A stretch of 63,888 nucleotides of DNA, the filler included, from Octopus bimaculoides (lineage: Eukaryota), in NCBI RefSeq assembly GCF_001194135.2. It is 10 parts of 8 records of this genome, joined end to end, with 100 filler letters (N's around TTAATTAATTAA, not from the genome) between each part and the next. Parts side by side here need not be neighbours in the genome. Positions count along the whole stretch, not along the records: positions 1 to 15,328 come from NC_068992.1; positions 15,429 to 29,139 come from NC_068990.1; 8 more parts are not named here. One strand, written 5' to 3'. The notes beneath the pieces are model-generated. The model saw only the letters and a list, made by a program, of their open reading frames with translations, was not told the origin of the DNA and made no database searches. A program made the translations under genes and the position numbers. Position 1 is the first letter of the stretch, and each line of letters opens with the position of its first letter. Below, one piece after another: positions 12,654-25,465 of this stretch.

Positions 12654-12926
12654 CCACTAGCATAACTATAGAGGGTCGCAGGGGTTGGTCCACCTCGGAC
12701 GGCACTTTAATGGAGGCAGCACTACTTTTGAGTCTGATGTAGGCTATAAGTCGGTATAGGCTGTGTTGAAATCAAATGATAGTGGTTTTAATGTCGGGAC
12801 ACGGACACTACTCACCGTTAAATGCAACTATCGATATAGTCACTGTGCAATATATATTTTTTGTGGGGTCCCGGGGGTGGAAAACTAAAGGGCCGCCCCG
12901 GCGGCACATACTCTAGCTACACCTCT
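12654..12926. mobile_element. Degenerate MITE (hAT-like ends)
   Basis: Left end ...ggttggtccacctcggacggcac. Right end ggccgccccgggcggcacatactctagctacacctctg. These look like decayed TIRs plus a subterminal repeat. Confidence 0.45.
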
Positions 12927-14074
12927 GCCATTATCAGACTTTGGAATAGGCAGAAACGTGAGAGCGTCGGACAATGCCTTGCATAAACTATTCCGGTTCT
13001 TTACATTCTGACTTCAAATCCTGCTGCGGTAAACTTTACCTTTCGTCGTTCCGCGGTCAAATACTCTGTAAGATTTAATCGACTAAATCCAACCCGTTCG
13101 CCCACCCCCAAATCGGTGGCTTTTTACCGATGTCGAAAATTATTTTCACATTTTGGAATACGGTGAAATGACCGAAAAACCAATTCGTCGAATTTACACC
13201 AGAGGGTATTTACTTTGCACTTTTTATCCAGTAGATCTATGTACAAAGGCATTCAAGCAATGTTCATCTCACCATTTTTTGGTCGGGCATGTTGTATCAA
13301 GGATTATAATATCCAATGCATCCTTTCTTTTATTAAAACGAGAGAATGTGATTTTGGGGGTGGATTTGGCTACTATTACTAGGAAGGCAAGTAACCGTAT
13401 AGAAACTCTCAGTATTTATTTCGGTCTCAGAAAATCCTTATCGAACAGACCTAAGATTGAAAACATTCCTGCCACAACTATTCTGCTTTTTTTTTCAGGC
13501 AATAATCTATAAGAAACACCTTATCAAATGTGTTCATTGTATTTTTTTAACTGGAGGCTGAGATTTCAAGGAAATATACCCATCATCTCTAGTACACAGC
13601 TTCCTCGGTTAATCTTACGACATCTGACATAGGTCGGTGATAAGATCATGCTAAAACCAAGTCCAAAGACACGGTTTCGATTCTCAGCAAGAATTCCGTC
13701 GTAGCATTTCATTCTAGTTGACGTTGCTGATGTCCAATAGAAAGGCATGGGTATCACAACTGACCTTCTCTTGCTCTCCTGAATATCTGAGCTTCATGTC
13801 ATCGTTGTTGTCGCGTTGTCCTATGTCTATTCTGATCGACCAGTCTTGTATGGCTTTCTAGAAGTTTGCAGTGATTGCATAGGAAGGTGATGGGCTTGTA
13901 CGATACTATACCAATAAAGTTTTTGTTGGGCTCAAACAATCTACTTATCCACCATCCTGGACCAGTACGTTCTTTTATGAATCCCCCCCCCGCCAAGGAA
14001 AATTGAGCTCAGCGGAGTATAAACTCAGAACTAAGATGGTGTTGGCAGTGGTAGTTGTTAATGAAGCTGAAGGA

Positions 14075-14650
14075 TGAAGTTGTTTAACTTATGGGACCTC
14101 CCCATAAGTCTGTACTGTAAAAAAATAAATGACTGTCCCATCAGTAAAAATAACTCATCAGCTGAATTGAAGAAAACATTTTAAAAACTTGTTCTCTGAA
14201 GTTCTGTCGGATCAATTAGGTCTCTGTACTAACACTGAGGCGTGTTTTCAAATAACTGAAAACGTCGTACCTGTGTTCAAACCCGATAGAAAGGTACCTT
14301 TTGCTGCGGTAAAACAGGTAGATGAAGAATTAGACAAACTAGAGAAAAATGGAATTATTCAGAAAGTGGATTATTCTAAATGGGCAGCACCAACTGTGTG
14401 TATCTAAAAAAAAAAAGTAAGAGATTATGGTTTCACGCCGAGTGAGGAGAATTGTAAATCTTTTTACCTAAAATTAAGTAATTAGGACAAATTATTGATA
14501 GAAATGGAAGACGACTGATCCCGTCGAGGGTAGACGCAATTAAAAATTTGTCTCCGACTAATGTAACGACCTTAAAGCTTTTTTTAGGTCTAGAGAATTG
14601 TTATCAAAATTACATACCAAACATATATAAAGTGAACAATTTGTTAGGTA
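14075..14650 (+). pseudogene. Ty3/gypsy pol (reverse transcriptase) fragment, internally deleted
   Basis: KLFNLWDLPI; PVFKPDRKVPFAAVKQVDEELDKLEKNGIIQKVDYSKWAAPTV; then, after a deletion, KIK*LGQIIDRNGRR and TNVTTLKLFLGLENCYQNYIPN. These are gypsy RT N-terminal and thumb motifs. Confidence 0.9.
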
Positions 14651-14651
14651 A

Positions 14652-14860
14652 AGGTGGTGCGGGTGCGACGAGAGAGAGCTGGGGCGCGGTCAACGGGTCG
14701 TGCCTGGTCAAGGACAGTTTAGATAATGGTGAGGGGATACCCACGTCTGGCGAGCCATGAGTTGAGTCTGGGTCTCAAAGTTATGGTCATCACTGCAGAG
14801 CCGGCGTAGACGGAGGAACTGGGAGTAGGAGATAGAGGGTTTGGTGTGGGTAGGGTGGAA
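14652..14860 (-). pseudogene. Penelope-like element (PLE) fragment, post-RT helical domain
   Basis: Minus strand FHPTHTKPSISYSQFLRLRRLCSDDHNFETQTQLMAR, then frameshift to RRGYPLTII. This matches the PLE motif HPxHxKxSIPYSQFLRLRRxCS...RGYP. Confidence 0.9.
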
Positions 14861-15039
14861 TATATATTCTTAAGTACATTATTCAGTGTGTTTATCTATT
14901 TTTACGGCGGTTGTGTACAGATCTGAAGGGGTTTTGTCTGTTAAGGATGCGTAGCAGGTTACGACGACCACGTAGGGGGTTTATCGTTGACTCGCAAGCC
15001 TCAGGCATCCATTCACGCGATGAAGCATGGGTGACATTA

Positions 15040-15275
15040 CAGCGGCCACCATCACGACGACCACCACCACCACGACTATGACGACCACGATGACCATTAC
15101 TACTACTACTACTACTACTACTACTACCGCCGCCATCATTATCATTATCGTCGTGGCCACCAGCACCAGCACCACCACCACCACCACAACCAGCAGCAGC
15201 AGCAGCAGCAGCAGCACCACCACCACCACCACCATCATTATTATCATCATCATCATCATCACCATCAGCTGCAAT
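15040..15275. repeat. Compound trinucleotide microsatellite (ACC/ACT/ATC/AGC)
   Basis: Seen directly; it explains the overlapping low-complexity ORFs. Confidence 0.95.
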
Positions 15276-15328
15276 AACAAAAAAAAAAAGAGAAAACAAC
15301 AAATGTCTTTTGTTTCTTGAATGAAAGA

Positions 15329-15428
15329 NNNNNNNNNNNNNNNNNNNNNNNNNNNNNNNNNNNNNNNNNNNNTTAATTAATTAANNNNNNNNNNNNNNNN
15401 NNNNNNNNNNNNNNNNNNNNNNNNNNNN
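15329..15428. other. Assembly gap with artificial spacer, N44-TTAATTAATTAA-N44 (also 29140, 32091, 34033, 39706, 44081, 55206, 60499, 61638)
   Basis: Identical 100-nt structure nine times. The 12-mer puts TAA stops in all six frames. Confidence 0.97.
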
Positions 15429-16853
15429 AGAGAGAGAGTTAATATATATATATGCATTCATACAAGTACATGTTTGCGTTTGTGTTCGTGTGCATTCATG
15501 TATGTATAGTGAAAGTTAAATTGAGGTGATAAGGAGAACCATTATGAAAAGCGACAAATACAGATAAAATACTTCTCGTCATCTATGGTGGCCAGAATCA
15601 CCATAGTTTCGTCACACTAAATTCCGGTGATATTACCTCCTTGGGATTAATCGTATGGATGCATCATTGAGTCTACTCAGGACTGAGAGTGTGGACATTA
15701 GTGAGAAAGAAAGTTAAGCGATAAAAATACATGAATTTACATTACGACAAAAACGACGTAGTTTGATTTTGGACTTGGCACAGAAAAGTACTAACGCGAA
15801 TTGATGAATACATACTCACGCCCGAATACAAACGCACGAATACAAACGCACAGGTACACATACATAAATATTATATATATATATANNNNNNNNNNNNNNN
15901 NNNNNNNNNNNNNNNNNNNNNNNNNNNNNNNNNNNNNNNNNNNNNNNNNNNNNNNNNNNNNNNNNNNNNNNNNNNNNNNNNNNNNNNNNNNNNNNNNNNN
16001 NNNNNNNNNNNNNNNNNNNNNNNNNNNNNNNNNNNNNNNNNNNNNNNNNNNNNNNNNNNNNNNNNNNNNNNNNNNNNNNNNNNNNNNNNNNNNNNNNNNN
16101 NNNNNNNNNNNNNNNNNNNNNNNNNNNNNNNNNNNNNNNNNNNNNNNNNNNNNNNNNNNNNNNNNNNNNNNNNNNNNNNNNNNNNNNNNNNNNNNNNNNN
16201 NNNNNNNNNNNNNNNNNNNNNNNNNNNNNNNNNNNNNNNNNNNNNNNNNNNNNNNNNNNNNNNNNNNNNNNNNNNNNNNNNNNNNNNNNNNNNNNNNNNN
16301 NNNNNNNNNNNNNNNNNNNNNNNNNNNNNNNNNNNNNNNNNNNNNNNNNNNNNNNNNNNNNNNNNNNNNNNNNNNNNNNNNNNNNNNNNNNNNNNNNNNN
16401 NNNNNNNNNNNNNNNNNNNNNNNNNNNNNNNNNNNNNNNNNNNNNNNNNNNNNNNNNNNNNNNNNNNNNNNNNNNNNNNNNNNNNNNNNNNNNNNNNNNN
16501 NNNNNNNNNNNNNNNNNNNNNNNNNNNNNNNNNNNNNNNNNNNNNNNNNNNNNNNNNNNNNNNNNNNNNNNNNNNNNNNNNNNNNNNNNNNNNNNNNNNN
16601 NNNNNNNNNNNNNNNNNNNNNNNNNNNNNNNNNNNNNNNNNNNNNNNNNNNNNNNNNNNNNNNNNNNNNNNNNNNNNNNNNNNNNNNNNNNNNNNNNNNN
16701 NNNNNNNNNNNNNNNNNNNNNNNNNNNNNNNNNNNNNNNNNNNNNNNNNNNNNNNNNNNNNNNNNNNNNNNNNNNNNNNNNNNNNNNNNNNNNNNNNNNN
16801 NNNNNNNNNNNNNNNNNNNNNNNNNNNNNNNNNNNNNNNNNNNNNNNNNNNNN

Positions 16854-16897
<44 letters not shown>

Positions 16898-17377
16898 ATA
16901 CATATATACGTACACACGCACATAAACACTCACACACACACTTGTAAGTATGTATGTATAATATATTGATGTATATACATGAACAAAGAGAATGAGATAA
17001 AGAGTGAGATATAGTTACATTTTTTTTTTCAAAATACGTGTTATAATAGCGTAAGAACAAAACAAAACTTTGATGAAGAAAACCATACGTAGAGAATACG
17101 ATAATATAAATGCGTATATATATACGTGTGCATAGATATACATATATGTTTTACACACATATATATATGTATACACTTATGTGTGTATTGACATATATTT
17201 ACTTCAACGTTTCAAAATTCTTTCACAGACCTATTCCATTTATTTTTCTCGCCGATTCATACATTTCTGTCTGATGAACATGTCATATTTAACTATACAC
17301 ACAGTGGTACTTAAACGAACCATTTTCCCTTTTTTTCCTTTTAACACATTATTTTCTTTTTCCTGATTATTCTGTAG

Positions 17378-17426
17378 ATGGTGGCAGGATGAGGTCGATG
17401 CTATAAATTTGCTGAAGCATATATAG
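17378..17426 (+). CDS. Candidate terminal coding exon
   Basis: Strong acceptor ttttctttttcctgattattctgtAG. Frame a|TGG TGG CAG... gives WWQDEVDAINLLKHI*, followed by U-rich UTR-like sequence. Phase is compatible with 7095-7193. Confidence 0.35.
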
Positions 17427-17575
17427 TGCTTGCTATATATATTTGATGACTAATATGTCTGGTTCTCTGCCTAAGAATTTATTACTCTGCTCTATATATA
17501 TATGTACGTGTTTTCTGGTTGGTAATAACATTAATGCTATTGGTTTTATGTTATTATACCTGGATGGTTTCATTT

Positions 17576-17613
<38 letters not shown>

Positions 17614-17719
17614 TCTTTGTATATGTTTTATCATTCCTTTCCATTATTTTCTCGGATTGTTTACTTGGTACCGCAAATTTTCAGGTACAAATCTTTATAA
17701 ACGGTCTTATATAATATCA

Positions 17720-17795
17720 TCATTATCATCATCGTCGTCGTCGTCCCCATAATCACCAAAACCAACACCACCACCACCACCACCACCATCATCAA

Positions 17796-17849
<54 letters not shown>

Positions 17850-17884
17850 TATTATTATTACTATTATTATTATCATCATCACTA

Positions 17885-17942
<58 letters not shown>

Positions 17943-17945
17943 TAA
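17720..17945. repeat. (CAT)n/(TAT)n/(CAC)n microsatellite
   Basis: Seen directly. Confidence 0.95.
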
Positions 17946-18301
17946 AAATTATCATTGCTATTTTATTTATGGCTGTTTAGATTGATGTTGTTTTACTATC
18001 TAGATATTTGCACACCTATTAGGAAGATGCACAGACGTTTTACTCGTCCTCTCTTAGACACGTTTTCCCCCCCTTTTCCTTGTATTTCTCTTTTCTTCGC
18101 TCTCTTCCTTATACTTTCCTTCCATTATCTTTCCCTTACATTCTCTCCTTTTTCCTTCTCTCACGCATCTAACTACTGTCCGTATAGTTTAAAAAGCATA
18201 TGCTTCTCTCGCGCTTCTTTGAACATATACAGACGCATACACATTCAGTTATTCATAGCCATAGATATCTTCTTATAACAACGCATTATCTGTTTGCGCG
18301 C

Positions 18302-18343
<42 letters not shown>

Positions 18344-18375
18344 NNNNNNNNNNNNNNNNNNNNNNNNNNNNNNNN

Positions 18376-18414
<39 letters not shown>

Positions 18415-18784
18415 TGTTTATTGTCATTATTACTTCGCTTAGGTATAGCGCTACTAATAACCTGATAGAACTCAATATGCATACGGTTTAGAACAAAAAC
18501 GTCAATCCAGTACAGACCAGTAATAAGAAATTAAGATTACAAGGGAAGAAGAGATTGTATTCATGAACTTCATTAGCTATGTATACACGTACATTAAACT
18601 CTGTAAATATGTATCTCACACCATTTTTACCGCCTTCGTCATACGCTTCACCTGTATCTTCTTTTATAGCAGACATTTGTTGTTTGCCCTCATCGCATAA
18701 TAGCTTTTAGTTTCTTTGTGTGTGTGTCTTAAACGTGAAAAAAATATCCTACGACGGAAAAATATATTAATAATTATTTTTACT

Positions 18785-18985
18785 CTAGGTACAAGGCCTT
18801 GAAAAGCTTTGGCTAAGGGGGCTAGTCAATTATATCGACTGCGGTGTGTACCTGGTACTTATTTCATCGATCTCGAACGAATGAAACGCAAAGTCGACTT
18901 AGGTGCAATTCTGAACACAGAACGTAGCGGCAGACGAAATACCGCTAAGCATTTCGCCCGGTGCGCCAGCTCACCGTCTTCCGTT
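18785..18985 (-). mobile_element. SINE family B
   Basis: ggtacaaggcc...ggtacttatttcatcgatctcgaacgaatgaaacgcaaagtcgac...gaaataccgctaagcatttcgcccgg. Confidence 0.85.
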
Positions 18986-19140
18986 GCAGGATTACTCATT
19001 TTCACCAGCTGAGTGGACTGGAGCAACGTGAAATGAACTGTTTTTCTCAAGAACACAACGCGTCGCCCGGTCCAGGAATCGAAACCAAAATCTTCCGATC
19101 ATGAGTCCAACACGCCTATGCATTAAGCCACACGCCTCTA
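18986..19140 (-). mobile_element. tRNA-derived SINE family C (head and core)
   Basis: ccagctgagtggactggagcaacgtgaaatg...ccaggaatcgaaacc (B box on minus strand). Related copies at 33755-33915 and 48975-49220. Confidence 0.75.
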
Positions 19141-19724
19141 CTGAAAAATATATAACAATAACTTTTAGCATTGACAAAAATCTTAGAGCACTTCTTTCGT
19201 CTCTACATTCTGAATTCAAACTCCGCTGATTTGACTTTGCCTTTCGTTTTTTGAGATCGATAAAATAAATACCATTTGAACGCTAGAGTGGATTTAACCG
19301 ACTTAACCCTGCCCACAAATTGCTGATCATGTGTCGAAATTTGAAATATATAATAGTTATCCTTAAGATAAGTGCAATACATAGAAACGGGGTGTTATTT
19401 AGGAAATGTCTAACATTACCCGATATTTTGATGGTTTATCTGTTTTTTTTTATTTTACTTGCTTCAGTCATTGGACTGCGACCATGCTTGGGCAGCGACT
19501 AGAAGGATTTACTTGAACAAGTTGATCACATATGTACTTTTTGAACATGGTCCTATTTGTTGAATTGATAAATTACGGAGGATGTAAGCAAACTAACAAT
19601 GGTTGTTAAATGGTGATGCAGGACAAATACATACACACACGCACACCCGCACGAACACACACACACACACATGACGCACGCAAGAGCGCACACACACACA
19701 CAAACATATCTATCTATCTTATTT

Positions 19725-19949
19725 CTTTAGTGCCCACAAGGGGCTACACACAGAGGGAACAAACAAGAACAGACAAAGGGATTAAGTCGATTATATCGAC
19801 CCCAGTGCATAATTGGTACCTATTTAATCGACTCCGAAAGGATGAAAGGCAAAGTCGACCTCAGCGGAATTTGAACTCAGAACGTAGCGACAGACGAAAT
19901 ATCGCTAAGCATTTCACCCGGCGTGCTAACGTTTCTGCCAGCTCGCCGC

Positions 19950-19950
<1 letters not shown>
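19725..19950 (-). mobile_element. SINE family B, well preserved
   Basis: Minus strand begins ggcggcgagctggcagaaacgttagcacgccgggtgaaatgcttagcg, has B box gagttcaaattcc and the core gactttgcctttcatcctttcgg. Confidence 0.9.
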
Positions 19951-19996
<46 letters not shown>

Positions 19997-20335
19997 NNNN
20001 NNNNNNNNNNNNNNNNNNNNNNNNNNNNNNNNNNNNNNNNNNNNNNNNNNNNNNNNNNNNNNNNNNNNNNNNNNNNNNNNNNNNNNNNNNNNNNNNNNNN
20101 NNNNNNNNNNNNNNNNNNNNNNNNNNNNNNNNNNNNNNNNNNNNNNNNNNNNNNNNNNNNNNNNNNNNNNNNNNNNNNNNNNNNNNNNNNNNNNNNNNNN
20201 NNTATATACGTTCATCCAAACATACATACATACATACATATATACAGCAGCAAACCAATCAAAAATAAGAAAAGAACTGAAAAATCAAAACCAAGAATAA
20301 AGAAATGAGTAAGGGTAAAGAAGAAGAAAAAATAA

Positions 20336-20389
<54 letters not shown>

Positions 20390-20764
20390 ACATTTAAACA
20401 AAATGGCGCTGCACACGATGAAAGAATGAAAGTAGACGCCCAACGTATGAGATGCTGTGAGTCAGACCATTAAAGAAAATTCATGGATATCTGGTCGTTC
20501 AGCAGCAGATCATACTCAATCTCTCAAAGACATCTGTACATAAAAATTTATAAACTTAAGTTGCGTTGAAATGGCTATCATTTCCAAGTTTTACATGATT
20601 CATCAGATAACTATTACTAAAAGCTCTTCTGTATTCAACGTAAGTGTCTGGAATTAAAAAAATATAAACTGAGTCACGTTGCTGAAAAATAGAACCTCTT
20701 TATTTATTTACCCAGGAAATACTTGTGCATATGTGTGTGCATGTAAGTGTGTGTATAGGTATCT

Positions 20765-20974
20765 TTTATTTTGTACTTGTTAGACTGCGGCCATGCTGGG
20801 GTACTGCCTTGAAGGACTGTTAGTTGAATGAATCGACCCCAGGACTTTATTGTTTTAAAGCCTGGTACTTACTTTATCGGTTACCTTTACCGAACCGCTA
20901 GATTACGAGCTACGTAAACATGGTTGTCAAGCCCGTGTGGGAGCTTGACAGAAGCACAACACAGGCACAAGATA

Positions 20975-21037
<63 letters not shown>

Positions 21038-21105
21038 TATATATTAGAGGAGCTTCTTTCAGTTTCCGTCTAGCAAATCTACTCACAAGGATTTGGACAT
21101 CCTAG
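20765..21105 (-). mobile_element. SINE family A with internal (CA)n
   Basis: gactgcggccatgctgggg...aatcgaccccagg...ccgaaccgcta...(CA)n...cttctttcagtttccgtctagcaaatc. Confidence 0.85.
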
Positions 21106-21254
21106 TAGAAACAGTACTGTACTGTATATTTTTTTTTACTATTTTTGTAAATCGTATATATCTATTTTATTATAGATGCAAAACGGCACCACGGAGGAAT
21201 CGACATAAGCTTAAATAACGAACCGCGATAGGTGAACCGCGATATGGCGAGTGA

Positions 21255-21640
21255 TTACTGTACTGCTTTCAGTGCTCAACTGGTACTTATTTTATCGACT
21301 CCGAAAGGATGAAAAGCACACTCGACCTCGGTGGAATTTGAACTCAGATCGTAAAAACAAAAGAAAGCCGCTAAACATTTTGCTCGGCCAGGCATCGAAT
21401 CTGCCTGCCCACCAATTTTTGCATGTTTTGGATACTGGTTTGAAATTTTGGCACAATACCAGCAATTTTGTATGAGGGGTAAGTCGATAACATCAACTCC
21501 AGTGTTCAACTAGTACTTGGTTAATTGACCACGAAATAATGAAAGGCAAATCGAACTCGACGGAATGAGAACGTGGCGTACGAAATGATGCTATGCAATT
21601 TACCTGGCGTGATAACGATTCCGCCAGCTTACTGCGTTCT
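21255..21640 (-). mobile_element. Two tandem SINE family B copies
   Basis: The core and head occur twice (21270-21415 and 21430-21635). Confidence 0.8.
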
Positions 21641-22061
21641 TCCATGTTTTAAATACTAAAAGCTTGTTCATCATACCTAAGGTTCTTGTTGGTAAATAGA
21701 GCTCGATGGATACGTTCAAACTGTTTGAATTTAATGTGTACATCTCACGGAAGATAACATTGCTGCCTGTCCTCTCGAATAAGTAACGTTGACATGTCGA
21801 GCACGAAGATCGAGGATCCAATCACCTATCTCTCTCTCTCTCTCCTTCGTTCTCTGTTTCTGTTTATCTCTCTTTCTTTTCATCACCTTCCTATATCTAT
21901 GCCGAGCATTAAGTTCGAGGATCCACTCACCTGTTTCTCTCTCGCTCTCCATCTTTCTCTCTTTCTATTGTCCCTCTTTCTTTTCATCATCCTCCTATAT
22001 TTATATCGAACCAGTCCACCAATATGATCCCGTACTTAATTTTTTATATAATATGTAGTGA

Positions 22062-22109
<48 letters not shown>

Positions 22110-22185
22110 NNNNNNNNNNNNNNNNNNNNNNNNNNNNNNNNNNNNNNNNNNNNNNNNNNNNNNNNNNNNNNNNNNNNNNNNNNNN

Positions 22186-22252
<67 letters not shown>

Positions 22253-22474
22253 GTTTCAGAAGCACTTCCTTAAAAACTTTAGTCGAACAAATGAATTCCA
22301 GTATTTATTTTATTCCAAAATCTGGTCCTTGTTCTAACCTCACGCTTTGCCGATCCGCTCCATTACGAGGATGTAAACAACCCAGCACCGGTGGAGGGCG
22401 GGGACAGATGCAAGGACAAAAACACGTATATACGACGGTATTTCACACAATTCGTTGTTTTGTTGTTTGTTCCT

Positions 22475-22765
22475 TCTCGTGCCATGCCTGGCTCATAAGG
22501 GCCGGTTTCCGGTTTCATTGGCTTATAGGTTCCCCACCTGGACGGACGCAGGTCAGTCACAGCTGAGCTGCTATATGCAGGAGGAAAGAGGGAGAGAAAG
22601 TTGTGGCGAAAGAGTCAGCAGTAGTCCGCCATTACTTTCTGCTGGAACCGCATGGGGTTTAGGTGTTTCTCTCATAAACGCACATATCGCCCAGTCTGAG
22701 ATTCGAACCCGCGATTCTTCGACCGCGAGTCCGCTGCTATCACCACTAGGCCAGGTGCCTCCGTA
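22475..22765 (-). mobile_element. tRNA-derived SINE family D
   Basis: Minus strand head ggaggcacctggcctagtggtgatagcagcggactcgcggtcgaagaatcgcgggttcgaatctc has A and B boxes. The body differs from families A and B. Confidence 0.75.
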
Positions 22766-22899
22766 TTTCACACAATCTATCATCACCAAATTCATTCAGA
22801 CGGCTTTGCTCTGTTTAGGGCTGTAATAGAAGAAACCCAAGGTGAGGATTGAATAAGAAACCGTATGGCTGCAAAATCGTGTTTGTTAACCACACAGAT

Positions 22900-23374
22900 T
22901 CATTTACATTATTTACATTTGACGGATATTTGTCCTCATCTTGTCTGTTGTTAACGCAACATTTCGGCTGATATACCCTCAAGATCATGTTAATGTTCAG
23001 CATCATTATCATCCTCACCATACCATCATCATCAACTTCATCATCGTGAGCATCAGCATCAGAATCATTATTATCATCATAATCATCGACATCAGCATCA
23101 ACTTATTGCAATAAAAAAAAAACAGAGAAAAGGAAAAAAAACATGGAGTGTCCAGTTGCTTTAGTTTTGGCTTTGATCAGTCGGTAGATTGTAAATCTAT
23201 TTATAAGTATATTACTTTCTCATGGTTTTATATTTTATTAAAAATATTAAATTGCAAATCTAAAGATACATATTTAGTGTTAAAACTGATATATACCCTC
23301 AAGCCGTCATCAGGTGTCTTGGGGGAAATTTTGAACCTGGGTTCTCAATCCTAAGGTATTTTTCGATGTTATTA

Positions 23375-23434
<60 letters not shown>

Positions 23435-23615
23435 TCACTGCCTGGAATCTAACACGGAATCTTGGTGTTAGTAGCCCGCGCTCTTAACCACTACAAGACA
23501 CCTAATGAATGCTGGAATGTATATCAGCCGAAACGTTTTGTTAACAACAAACAAGAGGACAAATATCCGTCAAATGTAAATAATGTAAACAATGTACATA
23601 ACTCCTAATCTCTTA
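22900..23615. mobile_element. Internally deleted palindromic copy of the tRNA-head/hammerhead element, with a 0.3-kb insertion in the left HHR
   Basis: Left arm (minus) runs through (ATT)n into the tRNA head, then joins at ctac|aagacacc to the right-arm HHR and tail (23495-23615). The right HHR core is mutated (CUAAUGA). Confidence 0.85.
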
Positions 23616-25465
23616 AATATAGAACTACACAGATTCATGTTCGAAATATAAACAATATGTAATTATTTTGGCATGTACTATCCCATTCTGAAGCTAATCA
23701 TCTCTGAAGCAACCCAGCTGTACTCTAACGAATAGATTTTTGAATAAGATCCCAAATGAATGAAGATAGTTGGAATTATTTTTTTCTGAAAGGATCCAAA
23801 TCCACATTCGGTGAACCTTTTTCTGCGTCATGGCTGTGTGTTGATGTAATAAACAGGGCAAAGGGCTTCGATCATTATATGAATCATGATAAGCTTGAAA
23901 ATGATGTTGCTGCTGCAGCAGCTGATGATGATGAGGTCGATGACGATGACGATGACGATGACGATGATGATGATGATGAGGAGGAGGATGATGAGGATGA
24001 TGATGATTGGGAGGAGGTGATGGAAAGAAGGGATGCGAAATATGATGGTCACGATAGTGATGGTGTTTACACCAATGATGATGATGATGTCTCATGATCA
24101 TGTTAATGTTCAGCATCATTATCATCCTCACCATCACCATCATCATCATCAACTTCATCATCATGAGCATCAGCATCAGAATCATTATTATCATCATAAT
24201 CATCGACATCAGCATCAACTTATTGCAATAAAAAAAAAAACAGATAAAAAGAAAAAAGACATGGAGTGTCCAGTTGCTTTAGTTTTGGCTTTGATCAAAC
24301 CCGATGAAACGGGTCTATGGTCAAACAGATTTCAGCATGGACGATCAGTTCTTATTTTTAGATCATGAATATGGAAAAACATTAACCAGTATATCCTTCA
24401 ATATAAAAACGATAGCCTCTCATGTTATGGGCATTTATCCGCTATATCTTGTTGGTCGATCTATTACGTAGAGGTTATCTTGTTTTACAGTTTTATATTA
24501 TGGCGAATAAACAGTATTTTCAATCATGTTTCGACTCATCTAATATGCTCAAAGTTCTCAGATCAGGCTTTCCACATTCTGTCAGTATTTTGCTTATCAA
24601 ATGTCCAAGAGAGCCTCGACACCAATGGTTCTCGATTGGGGTTCATATTGTCCTTCGGGAGTCTACGTAAAATTTACTCGTTAAACATTATGTGTAATAT
24701 TTCGTATGTGTATTTCGTGTGCAAGATTCTTGATGTGGATACGTGTGTTGAAAGAAATACAATTAAACTTGGAGAGACAATTTACTGAAGAGATTGCAAG
24801 AGTGCAATGAAATGATTTAACAAAAAAACTATATACTGTTTATAAATTAATAAAGGACTGAACCAGTGCGAGTGTTTATTACCGGCATAATGCCTCTCTC
24901 AAGGTTTAATTTTATGTGTAATAATTTGTGTATTATATCTATCACACATCAAATGTCAATTTTTTATACAATTCCTAATAGTAGAGGCGGGACCCAGCAA
25001 AATGTTTCACCTATGACATTCCATTCATGAACATTCGTTCTTTATTTTTTCATATTCAGCATATCATTCTGTTAAATTTAGAGGATAGGGTTTGTCGATT
25101 TCAATAACACCAGTACTTGAGTGCTATTTTATACAAAAGCAAGCCTTCTTTGACGAGATTTTAACTCACGACGTAAAGAATCAGAAGAAATATCTCTAAG
25201 CATTGTATCCGAGCCGCTAACATGTCTACCAGCACGCCCCTTCAATGATAATGATGATAACGATGATGATACTAAAGATAATGATGGTGATGATGATGAT
25301 GGTAATGGTGATGATGATGATGATGATGATGATGTTTTTTCATCGATCACAAGAGTGCAACGCGTTGACCACTACATCAAAAGATGAAATACAACACGCA
25401 AAAAGGTGGAGCTTACATCGATCAAATAATAATAATAGTAATAATAATAATGATAATAATAATGA

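Noticed and set aside
13150-14000. Non-repetitive stretch with 60-120 aa ORFs on both strands upstream of the gypsy fragment
   Set aside because: No gag, protease or LTR motif that I can recognise, so left uncalled.
15791-17060. Long ORFs of 350-414 aa, and similar ones at 5881, 19610, 38161, 51649, 56094, 59126
   Set aside because: They are open only because they run through N gaps and (TA)n/(CA)n repeats.
18488-18676. 62-aa non-repetitive ORF (MSAIKEDTGEAYDEGGKNG...)
   Set aside because: No recognisable motif, and the length is within chance expectation.
23694-24368. Asp/Glu-rich and His-rich ORFs
   Set aside because: They are translations of (GAT)n/(CAT)n microsatellites; part of the tract is the locally duplicated block.
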